A stretch of DNA of 49,650 nucleotides. It comes from Phoronis australis (taxonomy: Eukaryota > Animalia > Phoronida). The notes beneath the pieces are model-generated. The model did not search any database, was not told the DNA's origin, and saw only the letters and a list, made by a program, of their open reading frames with translations. The stretch spans positions 1-49,650 of the forward strand of contig NMRA01000289.1 in assembly GCA_002633005.1 (NCBI GenBank). The letters run 5' to 3'. Positions 49,243 to 49,650 of this stretch are shown here, one piece after another (position 1 is the stretch's first letter; each line of letters begins with the position of its first letter). The position numbers were made by a program, and so were the translations under genes.

Positions 49243-49299
49243 AGAATTTTGAGATGGACATATATGTACATGCAGAGTGAGTCCATCGTGTGGTCAGTT

Positions 49300-49650
49300 A
49301 GTTCGTTATATTCAGCTCGTCACGATCATCTAGGACATGCAGGGATAGATAGGACTTATCAGTCGTTTCAGAATGCGTTACATGCCAGGAACGAAACCTA
49401 AAAGCAGTTAAATCTCCGCTAGGGGCGTCCAATGTTGTGAACGGCCCTTGGCAACAGGTGGCAATAGATTGTGTCGGTCCAATGACACCATCACCCAGTG
49501 GTAATCGATACATTTTGACTCTGACTGATTGGTTCTCAAATTATACGTTGTTATATCCGATGCCGGATAAGAGTGCCGCTACAATTGCACGAATCCTAAC
49601 TACTGATACCTTTTGCAGGTTCGGTATAATGAACATTTTGGTCTCGGACA
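49300..49650 (+). mobile_element. Gypsy/Ty3-type LTR retrotransposon integrase fragment (runs off the window end)
   Basis: HDHLGHAGIDRTY (HH of the HHCC finger), then a frameshifting deletion, then ECVTCQERN...GPWQQVAIDCVGPMTPSPSGNRYILTLTDWFSNY...PDKSAATIARIL...FCRFG...LVSD (rve core with two catalytic Asp). Confidence 0.88.

Noticed and set aside
1-49650. tRNA, rRNA, prokaryotic operons or defence systems
   Set aside because: No cloverleaf/TpsiC or rRNA motifs were recognised, coding density is very low, and the genes are spliceosomal.

Overview
AT-rich, intron-rich animal (eukaryotic) draft-assembly DNA with N gaps. The repeat and domain content suggests a marine invertebrate, possibly a deuterostome (inference). 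Nearly all ORF-track entries are spurious, and the real genes had to be rebuilt from GT-AG exons. Gene A (minus strand, ~20.9 kb to <0.63 kb) encodes a secreted-type mosaic protein: EGF - TSP1 - MAM - Pro/Thr linker - ShK - linker - ShK - ShK - linker - F5/8 type C (discoidin). Three of its exons are out of frame, four one-base deficits in total, and its 5' end was not found. The 3' end of a tandem paralog, gene B, lies at 41992-43169 as three intact F5/8C exons ending in a stop. Introns and the intergenic region are filled with transposons: a Hero-type non-LTR retrotransposon abutting a 5'-truncated copy, two Sola3-like transposase relics, a decayed intron-containing THAP gene (probably from a P-like DNA transposon), a 7.4-kb foldback element with modular inverted arms, a 1.85-kb tandem duplication, hairpin MITEs and a Gypsy integrase fragment. 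No tRNA, rRNA or CRISPR array was seen. All family assignments are from motif recognition by eye, not database searches.
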